64,000 nucleotides of DNA from an uncultured Candidatus Actinomarina sp. (GTDB lineage Bacteria; Actinomycetota; Acidimicrobiia; Actinomarinales; Actinomarinaceae). Numbering within the stretch: position 1 is the first letter of the stretch; every line of letters starts with the position of its first letter. A program made the position numbers and the translations under genes. This document shows positions 1 through 9,459 of this stretch, in pieces. Location: assembly GCA_902510995.1 (NCBI GenBank), contig CABXDL010000002.1, positions 17,007 through 81,006 on the forward strand, read 5' to 3'. The notes under the pieces were generated by a model, which saw nothing but the letters and a program-made list of their open reading frames with translations, had not been told where the DNA came from and made no database searches.

Positions 1-468
1 TTTTTCTACTGCAACTAGACACGGCATTCCAGAACCTTCTTCATATGTTCTCCTTAATAAGTGACCTGGGCCCTTCGGTGCAATCATTCCTATAGATATA
101 TCTTCACGAGGAATTATTTCTTCGAAATGTATATTAAATCCATGTGCAAAAAGTAAAGTAGAACCATCTTTCATATGAGGTGCTATATCGTTATTGTATA
201 TATCTGCCATAAGTTGGTCAGGTAATAGAAGCATAACTACATCTGCATCAGTGGTTGAGTCTTTTATATTTGCAACTTTTAATCCCATTTCGGATGCTCT
301 CTTAAATGATTCTGAAGATTCTCTTAATCCAACAGTTACATCTACGCCTGACTCATGAAGATTAAGCGCATGAGCATGGCCTTGACTACCAAAGCCAATA
401 ACAGTAACTTTCTTTGATTTAATTAAATCCTTATCTATTGAATCGTCATATATAATTTTAGTTTCCAT
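1..468 (-). CDS. ilvC: Ketol-acid reductoisomerase, N-terminal part (gene runs off the left edge)
   Basis: Reverse translation from the ATG at 468 gives METKIIYDDSIDKDLIKSKKVTVIGFGSQGHAHALNLHESGVDV..., which carries the IlvC GxGxQG Rossmann motif. An AGGAGG SD lies just upstream. It is absent from the ORF track because there is no stop in the window. Confidence 0.9.
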   Translation of the reverse strand, partial: METKIIYDDSIDKDLIKSKKVTVIGFGSQGHAHALNLHESGVDVTVGLRESSESFKRASEMGLKVANIKDSTTDADVVMLLLPDQLMADIYNNDIAPHMKDGSTLLFAHGFNIHFEEIIPREDISIGMIAPKGPGHLLRRTYEEGSGMPCLVAVEK

Positions 469-476
469 TTATCCTC

Positions 477-950
477 CTAAAGTTTTGTTTGGATGGCAAT
501 TCTTCCACCCCTAATCATTTCAATAATTCCATAGGGCTTTAAAAGTTTTTCAAATTTTATTAATTCTTTGGATGTTCCTGTTAATTCAAATACTGCATAA
601 TCTTGCCCTACATCAACTGACTTAGCTCCTGATAGATTTGCTTTTTCAATAACCGAGGTTTGAGTTTCTTTATTTATAGATACTTTCATAAGTAGAACCT
701 CTGACTCTATAGTATTGTCGGGATCCAGTTCTACGATTTTAATTACGTTTACTAGTTTATTTAATTGTTTCTTAACTTGCTCTACTGACTCAAGCTCTGT
801 GACTATTGTCATTTTCGACCTACCCTCTATGTTCGTTGGCCCTACAGATAAAGAATTAATATTAAAGCCTCTTCGAGAAATAGTTAAAGCAACCCTAGCT
901 AATACACCTGGTTTATCTTCAACTAATACACTTAGGATTCTTTCACTCAT
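477..950 (-). CDS. ilvN: Acetolactate synthase small (regulatory) subunit
   Basis: 157 aa with an N-terminal ACT domain (ILSVLVEDKPGVLARV). It has a 4-nt overlap with ilvB and lies between ilvB and ilvC. Confidence 0.93.
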   Translation of the reverse strand: MSERILSVLVEDKPGVLARVALTISRRGFNINSLSVGPTNIEGRSKMTIVTELESVEQVKKQLNKLVNVIKIVELDPDNTIESEVLLMKVSINKETQTSVIEKANLSGAKSVDVGQDYAVFELTGTSKELIKFEKLLKPYGIIEMIRGGRIAIQTKL

Positions 951-2659
951 ATGTTTTTTAAATCATCCTCATTTAAAATTACCTCATCGTTACTTCCGCC
1001 GGCTTTAACCATTGGGAATACCATATCATCAGGGTCAACAACACAATCAACCAAAACTGGTCTATCGTTAGTTTTAAACATTTCCTCAAAAACCCTCTTA
1101 ACATCGGATTTTTCGACCATTCTTAGCCCAGTAGCTCCCATTGCTTCAGCAAGTGCAACATAGTCAGGTGTATGATGAGTTAGTTCTGAAGCTGAAAATC
1201 TATGATTGTAAAATATTTTTTGCCACTGCCTTACCATTCCATGATTCCCATTGTTAAAAACTACAATTTTTAATGGAATATTTTCAGTTGAAGCTGTTAT
1301 TAATTCTTGACATGTCATTTGGAAACAACCATCTCCATCTAATGCAAGTATCTGCTTATCAGGGAAAGCTGCTTTTGCACCAATAGCGGCAGGAAGCGCG
1401 TACCCCATAGTGCCTAATCCGCCTGAATTTAACCAGGTATTAGGAGATTTAAATTTCCAATGTAATGATATCCACATTTGATGTTGTCCAACTCCTGAAA
1501 CTACAATAGAGTCTTCTTCAGACATTTTTTGGAGTTCTTCCAATACATACGGCACTTTCAAAGGACCTTTTTCTTCTTGGTTGTAATTTAATGGATAGTT
1601 TTCTTTCATATCCTTTATTTCGTTTAGCCAACTATTTGTGTCTATTTCTGAATCTCCTAATTTTTCTATTAAACCATTAATAACACTTTTAGCATCTCCG
1701 ACAATAGGGACTTCTGGTTCACGAACTTTACCTATTTCTGCTGGATCAATATCTGCATGAATTACTTTAGCTTTCTGTGCAAAGAATTTTGGATTTGCTG
1801 TTACTCTATCGTCAAATCTTACACCTAATGCAATTAGAAGATCTGATTTTTGAATTGATGTAGTTGCTGTGTAATTTCCATGCATACCAGGCATTCCTAT
1901 ACATAATTCATTTCCATCAGGAAATGCCCCTCTACCCATTAGAGTTGTAACAACTGGGATATTATATTTTGTAGATAATTCAAATAACTCCTTATTAGCT
2001 TTTGAATGAATTATTCCACCACCTACATAGAGGATTGGTTTTTTTGCATTTTTAATTAATTCAACTGCTTGTTGTATCATTTTTGGATTTGCTTCAAGAG
2101 TTGGTTTGTATCCAGGTAAATCTTCTAACTTCGGTTCAGTCCAGTTAGCTTTTTCATTTAAAATATCTTTTGGAATATCTACCAACACAGGACCAGGCCT
2201 TCCTGTTGTAGCAATATGTTTTGCTTCAAGAAGAACTTGGGGTATTTCTTCAGCATTAGTAATTAAATAATTATGTTTAGTTGCTGAAATTGTTAAACCT
2301 ACTGTGTATGCCTCTTGGAAAGCATCATTACCTATAAAATCTGATGCAACTTGACCAGTAATTGCTAAAAGTGGGGTTGAATCCATTAATGCATTATTAA
2401 GAGAGGTTATTAGATTAGTAGCACCAGGTCCGGAAGTAGCTATAACTACACCTACATCACCTGTTGCTTGTGCGTAACCTTCAGCCATATGACCAGCACC
2501 TTGTTCATGTCTTGCCAAGATATGTCTTATAGGACTGTCATATAGTGGATCATAAGCAGGCAAAATAGCACCACCTGGAACCCCAAAAACAGTTGAAACA
2601 TTTAAATGCTCAAGTGTTCTTACTATAAGTTCGGCACCCGATAACTTTTCTTTTGTCAT
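947..2659 (-). CDS. ilvB: Acetolactate synthase large subunit (ThDP-dependent)
   Basis: The sequence shows full-length similarity to IlvB/AHAS (GAELIVRTLEHLNV, GPGATN, GLGTMGYALPAAIGAK, DGDGCFQM). I place the start at the ATG at 2659 (MTKEKLSGAEL), preceded by a GAGGG SD. The TTG at 2671 in the ORF track lies inside the terminator U-run. Confidence 0.95.
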   Translation of the reverse strand: MTKEKLSGAELIVRTLEHLNVSTVFGVPGGAILPAYDPLYDSPIRHILARHEQGAGHMAEGYAQATGDVGVVIATSGPGATNLITSLNNALMDSTPLLAITGQVASDFIGNDAFQEAYTVGLTISATKHNYLITNAEEIPQVLLEAKHIATTGRPGPVLVDIPKDILNEKANWTEPKLEDLPGYKPTLEANPKMIQQAVELIKNAKKPILYVGGGIIHSKANKELFELSTKYNIPVVTTLMGRGAFPDGNELCIGMPGMHGNYTATTSIQKSDLLIALGVRFDDRVTANPKFFAQKAKVIHADIDPAEIGKVREPEVPIVGDAKSVINGLIEKLGDSEIDTNSWLNEIKDMKENYPLNYNQEEKGPLKVPYVLEELQKMSEEDSIVVSGVGQHQMWISLHWKFKSPNTWLNSGGLGTMGYALPAAIGAKAAFPDKQILALDGDGCFQMTCQELITASTENIPLKIVVFNNGNHGMVRQWQKIFYNHRFSASELTHHTPDYVALAEAMGATGLRMVEKSDVKRVFEEMFKTNDRPVLVDCVVDPDDMVFPMVKAGGSNDEVILNEDDLKNI

Positions 2660-2669
2660 AATTACCCTC

Positions 2670-2698
2670 AAAAAAAAACCTCCCTAATTTTGGGGAGG
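2670..2698 (-). terminator. Intrinsic terminator / attenuator immediately upstream of the ilvB RBS
   Basis: The minus strand reads CCTCCC-CAAAATTA-GGGAGG followed by nine U (plus-strand A-run 2670-2678). The stem is 2679-2684 pairing with 2693-2698. This is a GC-rich hairpin in very AT-rich DNA. Confidence 0.7.
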
Positions 2699-2721
2699 CG
2701 CTCAATACATATCAGAGAGCG

Positions 2722-2772
2722 CTACATAAGCACTAGCACTAATAAAGTAATCAAGATTTCTATTCTTTTCAT
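2722..2772 (-). CDS. Candidate ilv leader peptide MKRIEILITLLVLVLM (16 codons, 10 of them Ile/Leu/Val)
   Basis: Hand translation of the minus strand gives ATG AAA AGA ATA GAA ATC TTG ATT ACT TTA TTA GTG CTA GTG CTT ATG TAG. The ORF sits between a TATAGT -10-like hexamer and the terminator hairpin upstream of ilvB. Confidence 0.6.
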   Translation of the reverse strand: MKRIEILITLLVLVLM

Positions 2773-2790
2773 TAGACTTAACTATAGTAA

Positions 2791-3894
2791 ATGCTGATAA
2801 AAATGGAAGATATAAATTTATTAAATTATTTATCTCAAAATAATATAGAAGTTCCTGATGGGATAAGTTTATCTGTTGTTAATCTACCTTCAGACTTAGA
2901 TCGATCACTACAGATTGAGAAGGCAAAACAGGAAAATAGACATGCAAATATGAAATTTACTTTCTCTGAGCCTACTTATTCAGGATTGGGAGATAAATTT
3001 GAATGGGCTCAATCATGTATTATTGTTTCCTACTCGTATTTAAAACAAAATAATTTTAATTTGGGTTATTCCCCAGGTGAAGGGTCTATAGCTAGATTTG
3101 CAAAAGAAGATTATTATGTTCCTTTAAAAAAATTTATTACTTTAATTAAAGAACATTTTGAAAATAAGAATTTAAGAACAGCACAGTTTATTGATAACCC
3201 AAAACATTATGACCGTTTATTTTTTGAACAAGCCGGTTTAGGTTGGCAAGGTAAGAGCACAATGATGCTTTCTCCTGGTAAGGGGCCCTGGCAATTAATC
3301 GGCAATATATATGTTGAAAAAAAATTTAAACTAGAAAAGAAGAATGACTACTCATGTGGCAGTTGCAATCTTTGTCAAATTTCTTGTCCCACAGGTGCAT
3401 TAGATGATGATTATGTTTTAGATTCAACAAAGTGCATTTCTTATTGGTTACAGTCTCCAGATATTATTCCCCATGAAATGAGGGAAAGATTAGGAAATCG
3501 ATTCTATGGTTGTGACGAGTGTCTTATTTCATGTCCTCCAGGGCAGGATAGAAAAATTAATATCAGCAGTAATTCTTCAGTCGATTTAATTGAAATATTA
3601 AATACTGAAAGTGAAGAATTGGTTAAGAAATATAATTGGTTTTATATTCCAAAAAGAGATGGAGATTTCTTAAAAAGAAATGCAATAATAGCTTTAGCAA
3701 ATAATCCATCAAAAAATAGTAAAGATACCTTTCTAAAATTATTAAATTCTGAGTCTGATTTGATTCGATTTTATTGTATTTGGGCCTTGTGGAAGATAGG
3801 AGAGTTTTATTTATTACATAAATATCTAGATATTGAAAATGAGGAAAGTAATTTAGTCTTAAATGAGTATCAAAGATTAAATGAAATGATTTAG
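2791..3894 (+). CDS. queG: Epoxyqueuosine reductase
   Basis: Two 4Fe-4S ferredoxin motifs are present (CGSCNLCQISCPTGAL and GCDECLISCP), along with a CISYWLQ segment and a C-terminal HEAT-like repeat. The start could instead be the ATG at 2803. Confidence 0.85.
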   Translation: MLIKMEDINLLNYLSQNNIEVPDGISLSVVNLPSDLDRSLQIEKAKQENRHANMKFTFSEPTYSGLGDKFEWAQSCIIVSYSYLKQNNFNLGYSPGEGSIARFAKEDYYVPLKKFITLIKEHFENKNLRTAQFIDNPKHYDRLFFEQAGLGWQGKSTMMLSPGKGPWQLIGNIYVEKKFKLEKKNDYSCGSCNLCQISCPTGALDDDYVLDSTKCISYWLQSPDIIPHEMRERLGNRFYGCDECLISCPPGQDRKINISSNSSVDLIEILNTESEELVKKYNWFYIPKRDGDFLKRNAIIALANNPSKNSKDTFLKLLNSESDLIRFYCIWALWKIGEFYLLHKYLDIENEESNLVLNEYQRLNEMI

Positions 3895-3920
3895 TCAGGT
3901 AAATAATCTATCCTTAATCT

Positions 3921-5582
3921 ATGGCTAAATTTTCTGATGATGTAACTCAAGGAGTGGAAAAGTCTGCAGCTCGTGCAATGTTAAGAGCAGTAGGTCTTAA
4001 GGATGAAGATTTTCAAAAGTTTCAAGTAGGTATTGTTTCTGCTGGTAATGAGGTTACACCCTGTAATTTGACTGGACCCGAGCTCTCTGAGCATGCAAAA
4101 GAAGGAGTTAATGGTGAAGATTCAGCTGGATTGATTTTTTCTACAATAGCTGTTTCAGATGGAATATCAATGGGTCATGAAGGAATGAGAGCTTCCCTAG
4201 TATCAAGAGAAGTTATTGCAGATTCAGTAGAGCTTGTTATGCACGCCGAAAGATTCGATGGAATGGTAACAATAGCTGGATGTGATAAATCTTTACCAGG
4301 AATGCTTATGGCATCAGCACGTATAAACAGACCATCTATATTTCTTTATGGCGGAAGTAGCTTACCAGGAGAATATAAAGGCAAAGATATATCTATAGTT
4401 GATGTTTTTGAAGGTATAGGAGCACTAGAAAAAGGTTTGATTTCTGAAGAAGAACTATATGAAATAGAGTGTGCTGCATGTCCAGGTCAAGGATCTTGTG
4501 CAGGAATGTTTACAGCAAACACTATGGCTTCTGTGGGAGAGGCTATAGGAATGAGCCTTCCTGGAACAGCATCGATACAAGCAGAAGACAAAAGATTAAG
4601 ACAGGCGGCAAAAGAAACTGGAAATCAATTAAATTATTTATTAAAAAATGATATAAAACCTAGAGACATAATGACTATAGAAGCTTTCCATAATGCTATT
4701 ACAACAGTTTTATCTCTTGGAGGGAGTACAAATGCAGTATTACATTTATTAGGTATTGCTTATGAAGCGAGAGTCAATTTAACTATTGATATATTTGATG
4801 AACTAGCAAGGAAAGTTCCTCATTTGGCTGACATGAAGCCATTTGGAAAATACCACATGGTAGATCTTGATAAAATTGGTGGAGTTCCTGTTGTGTCAAA
4901 AATTTTGCTTGAAAATAAATTAATTAATCCAGATTGTATGACAGTTACAGGAAAAACAGTAGGAGAAAATCTTGAAAGTATTGAAATCCCGAAGGACCAA
5001 GATGTTGTTTATTTCCCGGATAATCCTATTTCTGATGAAGGTGGTCTTGCTATATTAAGAGGATCCCTATCTCCTAATGGATCTGTCGTAAAAGTTGCTG
5101 GTATAGAAATAGATACTTTCAAAGGACCTGCAAACGTCTTCGACAGTGAACAGGAAGCATTAGATGCTTTGTTTAATAATAAAATCAAAAAAGGAGAGGT
5201 TGTTGTTATTAGAAATGAAGGACCAAAAGGTGGACCTGGGATGAGAGAAATGTTACAAATAACTGCTGCAATGAAAGGTGCTGGACTAGGTAAAGATGTT
5301 CTATTAATTACTGATGGGAGATTTTCAGGAGGAACAACGGGCTTATGTATTGGTCATGTTACTCCAGAAAGTTTTGATAAAGGACCTATAGCAATTTGTC
5401 AAAATGGTGATGAAATTAGTTTGAATTTAAAGAAAAGAGAATTGAATCTAAATATAAATAAAGATGAAATTGAAAAAAGACTAAAAAACTACTCTAATCC
5501 TGAACCAAGATACAAATCAGGAATTTTAAATAAATATTCCAAGTTAGTTACAGGAGCAGAAAAGGGAGCTGTAACAGGATAG
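3921..5582 (+). CDS. ilvD: Dihydroxy-acid dehydratase
   Basis: 553 aa with full-length IlvD/Edd family similarity ([34 protein letters not shown]). Confidence 0.95.
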   Translation: MAKFSDDVTQGVEKSAARAMLRAVGLKDEDFQKFQVGIVSAGNEVTPCNLTGPELSEHAKEGVNGEDSAGLIFSTIAVSDGISMGHEGMRASLVSREVIADSVELVMHAERFDGMVTIAGCDKSLPGMLMASARINRPSIFLYGGSSLPGEYKGKDISIVDVFEGIGALEKGLISEEELYEIECAACPGQGSCAGMFTANTMASVGEAIGMSLPGTASIQAEDKRLRQAAKETGNQLNYLLKNDIKPRDIMTIEAFHNAITTVLSLGGSTNAVLHLLGIAYEARVNLTIDIFDELARKVPHLADMKPFGKYHMVDLDKIGGVPVVSKILLENKLINPDCMTVTGKTVGENLESIEIPKDQDVVYFPDNPISDEGGLAILRGSLSPNGSVVKVAGIEIDTFKGPANVFDSEQEALDALFNNKIKKGEVVVIRNEGPKGGPGMREMLQITAAMKGAGLGKDVLLITDGRFSGGTTGLCIGHVTPESFDKGPIAICQNGDEISLNLKKRELNLNINKDEIEKRLKNYSNPEPRYKSGILNKYSKLVTGAEKGAVTG

Positions 5583-5590
5583 TTATTAAG

Positions 5591-6361
5591 ATGCTATTTA
5601 TTTCTGATGTTCATCACGGTTTAGATTCTTTAAAACTTCTTCCAAAAACTAAAGAACCAGTAGTTATATTAGGTGATTTAATTAATTGGATTGACTATAG
5701 AAACGGGGATGGGATTGCAAAAGATGTCTTTGGGGCTGAAAACTTAAATAAATTAATACAACTTAGAAAAGATCATAATTTTGATGAAAGAAAAAATTTA
5801 TGGCAAGAATTATTTGCTAAAGATCCTAAAAGAAAACAGCGAGAGATAGAGGATGCAATAGAACGGCAATATAAAGAAGTATTTGAGGTATTAAAAGATT
5901 ATGAAGTATGGATGATTCCAGGCAACGTAGACTCTCTTAAGATATTTGAGTCAGTAAAAACTAATAATGTGAGTAATGTTGATGGTCAAGTTCTTGAGTA
6001 TAAAAATCATAAGATTGGCTTTGCTGGTGGAGGAGTTCCTACACCTATCAAAGCAAGAGGAGAGATCTCAGAGGAAGACTTTGAAGATAAGTTAAATAAA
6101 TTAGTTGATGTTGATATCATATGCACACATGCCCCACCTTTAATTGATTACTTAATAATTGATGTAATTACAAATAAAAAAGAACAAGGCTGGGAAAGCC
6201 TTAAGAAATACATTCTAGCTAATAAACCAAGACTATCTTTATTTGGAGATGTTCACCAACCAAAAGCAACTAAATGGATGATTGGGTCTACAGTATGTAT
6301 GAATGTAGGATATTTTAGAGCAAATAGCCACTATTTAGAATTATCATCAATAGATATATGA
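5591..6361 (+). CDS. Metallophosphoesterase family protein
   Basis: Calcineurin-like phosphoesterase motifs are present (SDVHHG, GDLINW, GNVD, HAPP). Confidence 0.7.
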   Translation: MLFISDVHHGLDSLKLLPKTKEPVVILGDLINWIDYRNGDGIAKDVFGAENLNKLIQLRKDHNFDERKNLWQELFAKDPKRKQREIEDAIERQYKEVFEVLKDYEVWMIPGNVDSLKIFESVKTNNVSNVDGQVLEYKNHKIGFAGGGVPTPIKARGEISEEDFEDKLNKLVDVDIICTHAPPLIDYLIIDVITNKKEQGWESLKKYILANKPRLSLFGDVHQPKATKWMIGSTVCMNVGYFRANSHYLELSSIDI

Positions 6362-7266
6362 ATGTTTTAGCACTTGATGTTGGTGGAACTTCCATGAAAT
6401 ATGGAATCGTTTCAGATAAATTAGAAATTATTAGTAAAGGTGTAATTGAGACACCAAGTAATGAAATTAATTTTATAAATATAGTTAATGAGATCCAAGA
6501 AACTAATAAAGAAAATTTTAAGAAAATATCAATTGCCATGCCAGGCTTCATAAATAAAAAAGAAAGTAAATATTTATATGGGACAAACATTAAGTATGAA
6601 ATAGATTTTAAGAAATTATCAAACTTCGATGAAGAAAACTTTTATCTTGATAATGATGGAAATGTTGCAGCATATGCTGAATATATACAAAACTATCAGG
6701 ATAAGTATTCTAATTTGTTAATGCTTACGTTTGGAACCGGAATTGGTGGGGGAATAGTAACTAATGGAAATATATACAGAGGTAGAGGAAGTGCAGGTGA
6801 GTTAGGTCATATATTGGTTTCAGACAGTCCAGATGAAACTTGTAATTGTGGAAAAGTTGGTTGTCTAGAGTCAATTGTTTCAGCAAAAAAATGGACAGAT
6901 CAATGTAAAGAATTAAGCAAACTAAATTCAAATTCTGAACTATCAAAAGCTTTTTCTGCATTAGGTATTGGTTCTATACTTTTTGACAAATCACTTACAT
7001 TAACTAAAGAAGAACTCGAGGTTAGAGAGAAAATCCTTCTTTATTTAAGTAGAGGTTTAGTCTCATTTTTTGAGATATTCAATAATGAGATATTTGTTTT
7101 AGGAGGGAGTATGTCGGACAACCCCTATGATTTAGTAGGATTACTTAATGAGTTTATATTAAAAAATTATGAATTTAAATCCAGAGAGTTTCCAATAATT
7201 GAAATATGTAACTTTAAATCAGATTCTGGAATTTTAGGTGCATCTATACTTGCTTTGAATGAGTAA
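6358..7266 (+). CDS. ROK family sugar kinase (glucokinase-like)
   Basis: Contains the ATP-binding segment LALDVGGTSMKYG, GELGH, and the zinc motif CNCGKVGCLES. It has a 4-nt overlap with the upstream gene. Confidence 0.85.
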   Translation: MNVLALDVGGTSMKYGIVSDKLEIISKGVIETPSNEINFINIVNEIQETNKENFKKISIAMPGFINKKESKYLYGTNIKYEIDFKKLSNFDEENFYLDNDGNVAAYAEYIQNYQDKYSNLLMLTFGTGIGGGIVTNGNIYRGRGSAGELGHILVSDSPDETCNCGKVGCLESIVSAKKWTDQCKELSKLNSNSELSKAFSALGIGSILFDKSLTLTKEELEVREKILLYLSRGLVSFFEIFNNEIFVLGGSMSDNPYDLVGLLNEFILKNYEFKSREFPIIEICNFKSDSGILGASILALNE

Positions 7267-7948
7267 ACAAAATAAAGCGGTATTGCTTCCAGGCACATTT
7301 TTCGAAAAAGATATTCAAAAGAAATTAGATTATTTAAATCAAAAAAATTTACAGACTGTTTATGTATTTGATCATTCAAATAATCCAGTAGATAGTAAAT
7401 TACATATGTATGAAATCAGAAATTCAATAAACTTACTTCAAAATTATGAAAAAAGAAAATTCAACATTGGCACAGCAGTATTAAATATAAATAAAAGAAA
7501 AATAGATAATTTAATTAACAAATATATAAATCCATTTCTAGAAATAGATGGTTTTAAATTAGGACTTGGATTAGGCGATGATACATATGAACAAAATTTA
7601 CCAAACTACTCTAATAACTTAGAGGAGGTTGTCTCATATATAGTTGAGAATTTTGAATTGTCTAAAGAAGGGAAAAGCCTTTTTTTAGGGGGACAATCAA
7701 ATTTAATCATTAAAACAATGAAACAATATTCAGTGGGTATTAATCAATGGCTTGGTTCCGTAGACTCACTTTATAAAAAAAGAGAGATGTTTAATAAAAT
7801 AGATAAACCATTGGGTTCGATGAGTTTATGTTTAAACAAAAAGTTTGTTTCAGAAAAAAATATAGATTTTAAAGATATTGAACTAATTTATATTATCAAA
7901 GAATCAAGTTCAGATAATTTTTATTCACAGGTAGATAATTTTCTTTGA
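7259..7948 (+). CDS. Hypothetical protein, possibly a degenerate luciferase-like (LLM) TIM-barrel protein
   Basis: 229-aa ORF with an 8-nt overlap with the ROK kinase. There is only weak resemblance to LLM oxidoreductases (FKLGLGLGDD, SLFLGGQS) and no confident family call. Confidence 0.45.
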   Translation: MSKQNKAVLLPGTFFEKDIQKKLDYLNQKNLQTVYVFDHSNNPVDSKLHMYEIRNSINLLQNYEKRKFNIGTAVLNINKRKIDNLINKYINPFLEIDGFKLGLGLGDDTYEQNLPNYSNNLEEVVSYIVENFELSKEGKSLFLGGQSNLIIKTMKQYSVGINQWLGSVDSLYKKREMFNKIDKPLGSMSLCLNKKFVSEKNIDFKDIELIYIIKESSSDNFYSQVDNFL

Positions 7949-7961
7949 TGAGTATTACAAA

Positions 7962-9002
7962 ATGATAGAATTAAATATGATAGATTTACGCTCTGATACA
8001 GTTACTAAACCTTCTAAGGAAATGTTAGATGAGATTGTTAAAGCTCAAGTAGGAGATGATGAATATGGGGAAGATCCTACTGTTAATGAATTAGAAGAAT
8101 TCTGTGCAGAACTTTTAGGATTTGAAGCTGGTTTATTTGTAAGTTCTGGAACAATGGGTAATCAAATATCGTTATTAAATCATACAAATCCTGGTGAAGA
8201 AGTTATTACATCTTCTGATTCACATATTAAGAATTACGAACATGGAGCCTCATCATTTCTATCAAGAATACAATTTCGAGATATTAAGAATATAGACGGC
8301 GTTCTAGATGAAGATGATTTAAAACAAACTATTGAAGATTCTAAAATTCATAAACCGAAAATCTCATTAGTTAGTATCGAAAATACACACCTTGCATCAG
8401 GTGGCAGTATTGTTCCATTTGATAAGATAAAGTCAATTTCATCGTTAGCAAAAGAAAGTGAACTGAAACTCCATATTGACGGTGCAAGAATATGGCATGC
8501 AATTTTAGAAGAAAAAAAAGGTTATGACTATGGAAAATATTGTGACAGTCTCACATTTTGTTTCTCTAAAGGATTAGGAGCACCAATAGGATCAATGCTG
8601 TTAGGTACTAATGAATTTATAGAGAATTCAAGAGAATATAGGAAAAAGCTCGGGGGAGGCATGAGACAGGTTGGAATTATTGCTTCTGCTGCAAAACATG
8701 CAATAAATAAAAGAGAAGAATTGCTTCATGATCACGAAAAAACTCTTTATATTTATAAAAAACTTACTGAAATTAGAGAAAAATTAAAGTTAATTGATGA
8801 AATTGAATATAAAGGAACCAACATGATATTTCTATTCTTCAAAGACATTACTTTGTCTAATAATTTTCTTAAAAAACTTGAAAAAAGGAATATTAAAGCC
8901 GGATTGATTAAAAAAAATATTGTAAGACTAGTTTTACATAAAGATATCAATAAAGAAGATTTAGATAATATTGTTGAGACTATAAGTCACTCTTCTTCAT
9001 AG
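7962..9002 (+). CDS. ltaE: Low-specificity L-threonine aldolase
   Basis: Contains MIDLRSDTVTKP and the PLP-lysine region FCFSKGLGAP. The alternative start at the ATG at 7977 matches the canonical N-terminus. Confidence 0.88.
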   Translation: MIELNMIDLRSDTVTKPSKEMLDEIVKAQVGDDEYGEDPTVNELEEFCAELLGFEAGLFVSSGTMGNQISLLNHTNPGEEVITSSDSHIKNYEHGASSFLSRIQFRDIKNIDGVLDEDDLKQTIEDSKIHKPKISLVSIENTHLASGGSIVPFDKIKSISSLAKESELKLHIDGARIWHAILEEKKGYDYGKYCDSLTFCFSKGLGAPIGSMLLGTNEFIENSREYRKKLGGGMRQVGIIASAAKHAINKREELLHDHEKTLYIYKKLTEIREKLKLIDEIEYKGTNMIFLFFKDITLSNNFLKKLEKRNIKAGLIKKNIVRLVLHKDINKEDLDNIVETISHSSS

Positions 9003-9220
9003 TAATTTTTTTCATTCCACTCAGTGATTGATTTTTCTGACAAATTAATTAAAACAAAGAGTCCAGATAAAGTAACAAGGTTAGTAACTAATATATTTGC
9101 AATTAATGTAAAAGAACAATTATTAACACAAAAAGCATTTCCTAGTATATATCCAATGTATGTTGAAAATACAAAAACTAATGAATAAAAAATTAATTTT
9201 GTTTTCTTGCTAAATGCCAT
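8987..9220 (-). CDS. Small membrane protein (2 predicted TM helices), unknown function
   Basis: 77-aa hydrophobic ORF that fills otherwise empty space. Its 3' end overlaps ltaE by 16 nt. Confidence 0.45.
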   Translation of the reverse strand: MAFSKKTKLIFYSLVFVFSTYIGYILGNAFCVNNCSFTLIANILVTNLVTLSGLFVLINLSEKSITEWNEKNYYEEE

Positions 9221-9243
9221 ATAGATATTAAGTTTACCTTAGT

Positions 9244-9459
9244 ATGAATTATGTTAATCCTTGGCTTTCATTAATGAGTTTTGTTTACTTTATAGTTGCT
9301 GGTTTTATTTCTTTTGTTTTAAGTAGGCGATTAGTTGAAATATATTTAGAGAAAGTTAAAACAAAGTTTTTAAAATCGTTAGAACCAATAATAGGTACTG
9401 TTATTTTTTGTGGATCTTTCGGCCTAAGTTTAATTATTTTATATTATATACTCACTTAA
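9244..9459 (+). CDS. Small membrane protein (2 predicted TM helices), unknown function
   Basis: 71-aa hydrophobic ORF. It shares a TTAA stop tetramer with the convergent phosphatase gene. Confidence 0.45.
   Translation: MNYVNPWLSLMSFVYFIVAGFISFVLSRRLVEIYLEKVKTKFLKSLEPIIGTVIFCGSFGLSLIILYYILT

Noticed and set aside
2660-2671. A TTG start for ilvB at 2671 (MRVIM...).
   Set aside because: The TTG lies within the terminator U-run and upstream of the GAGGG SD. The ATG at 2659 gives the conserved AHAS N-terminus.
4469-4651. A 60-aa alternative-frame ORF inside ilvD, and similar short same-strand or antisense ORFs inside ileS, dnaE, uvrA, uvrC, murD and others.
   Set aside because: All of them are nested in genes with strong full-length homology, and none shows a domain or start signal.
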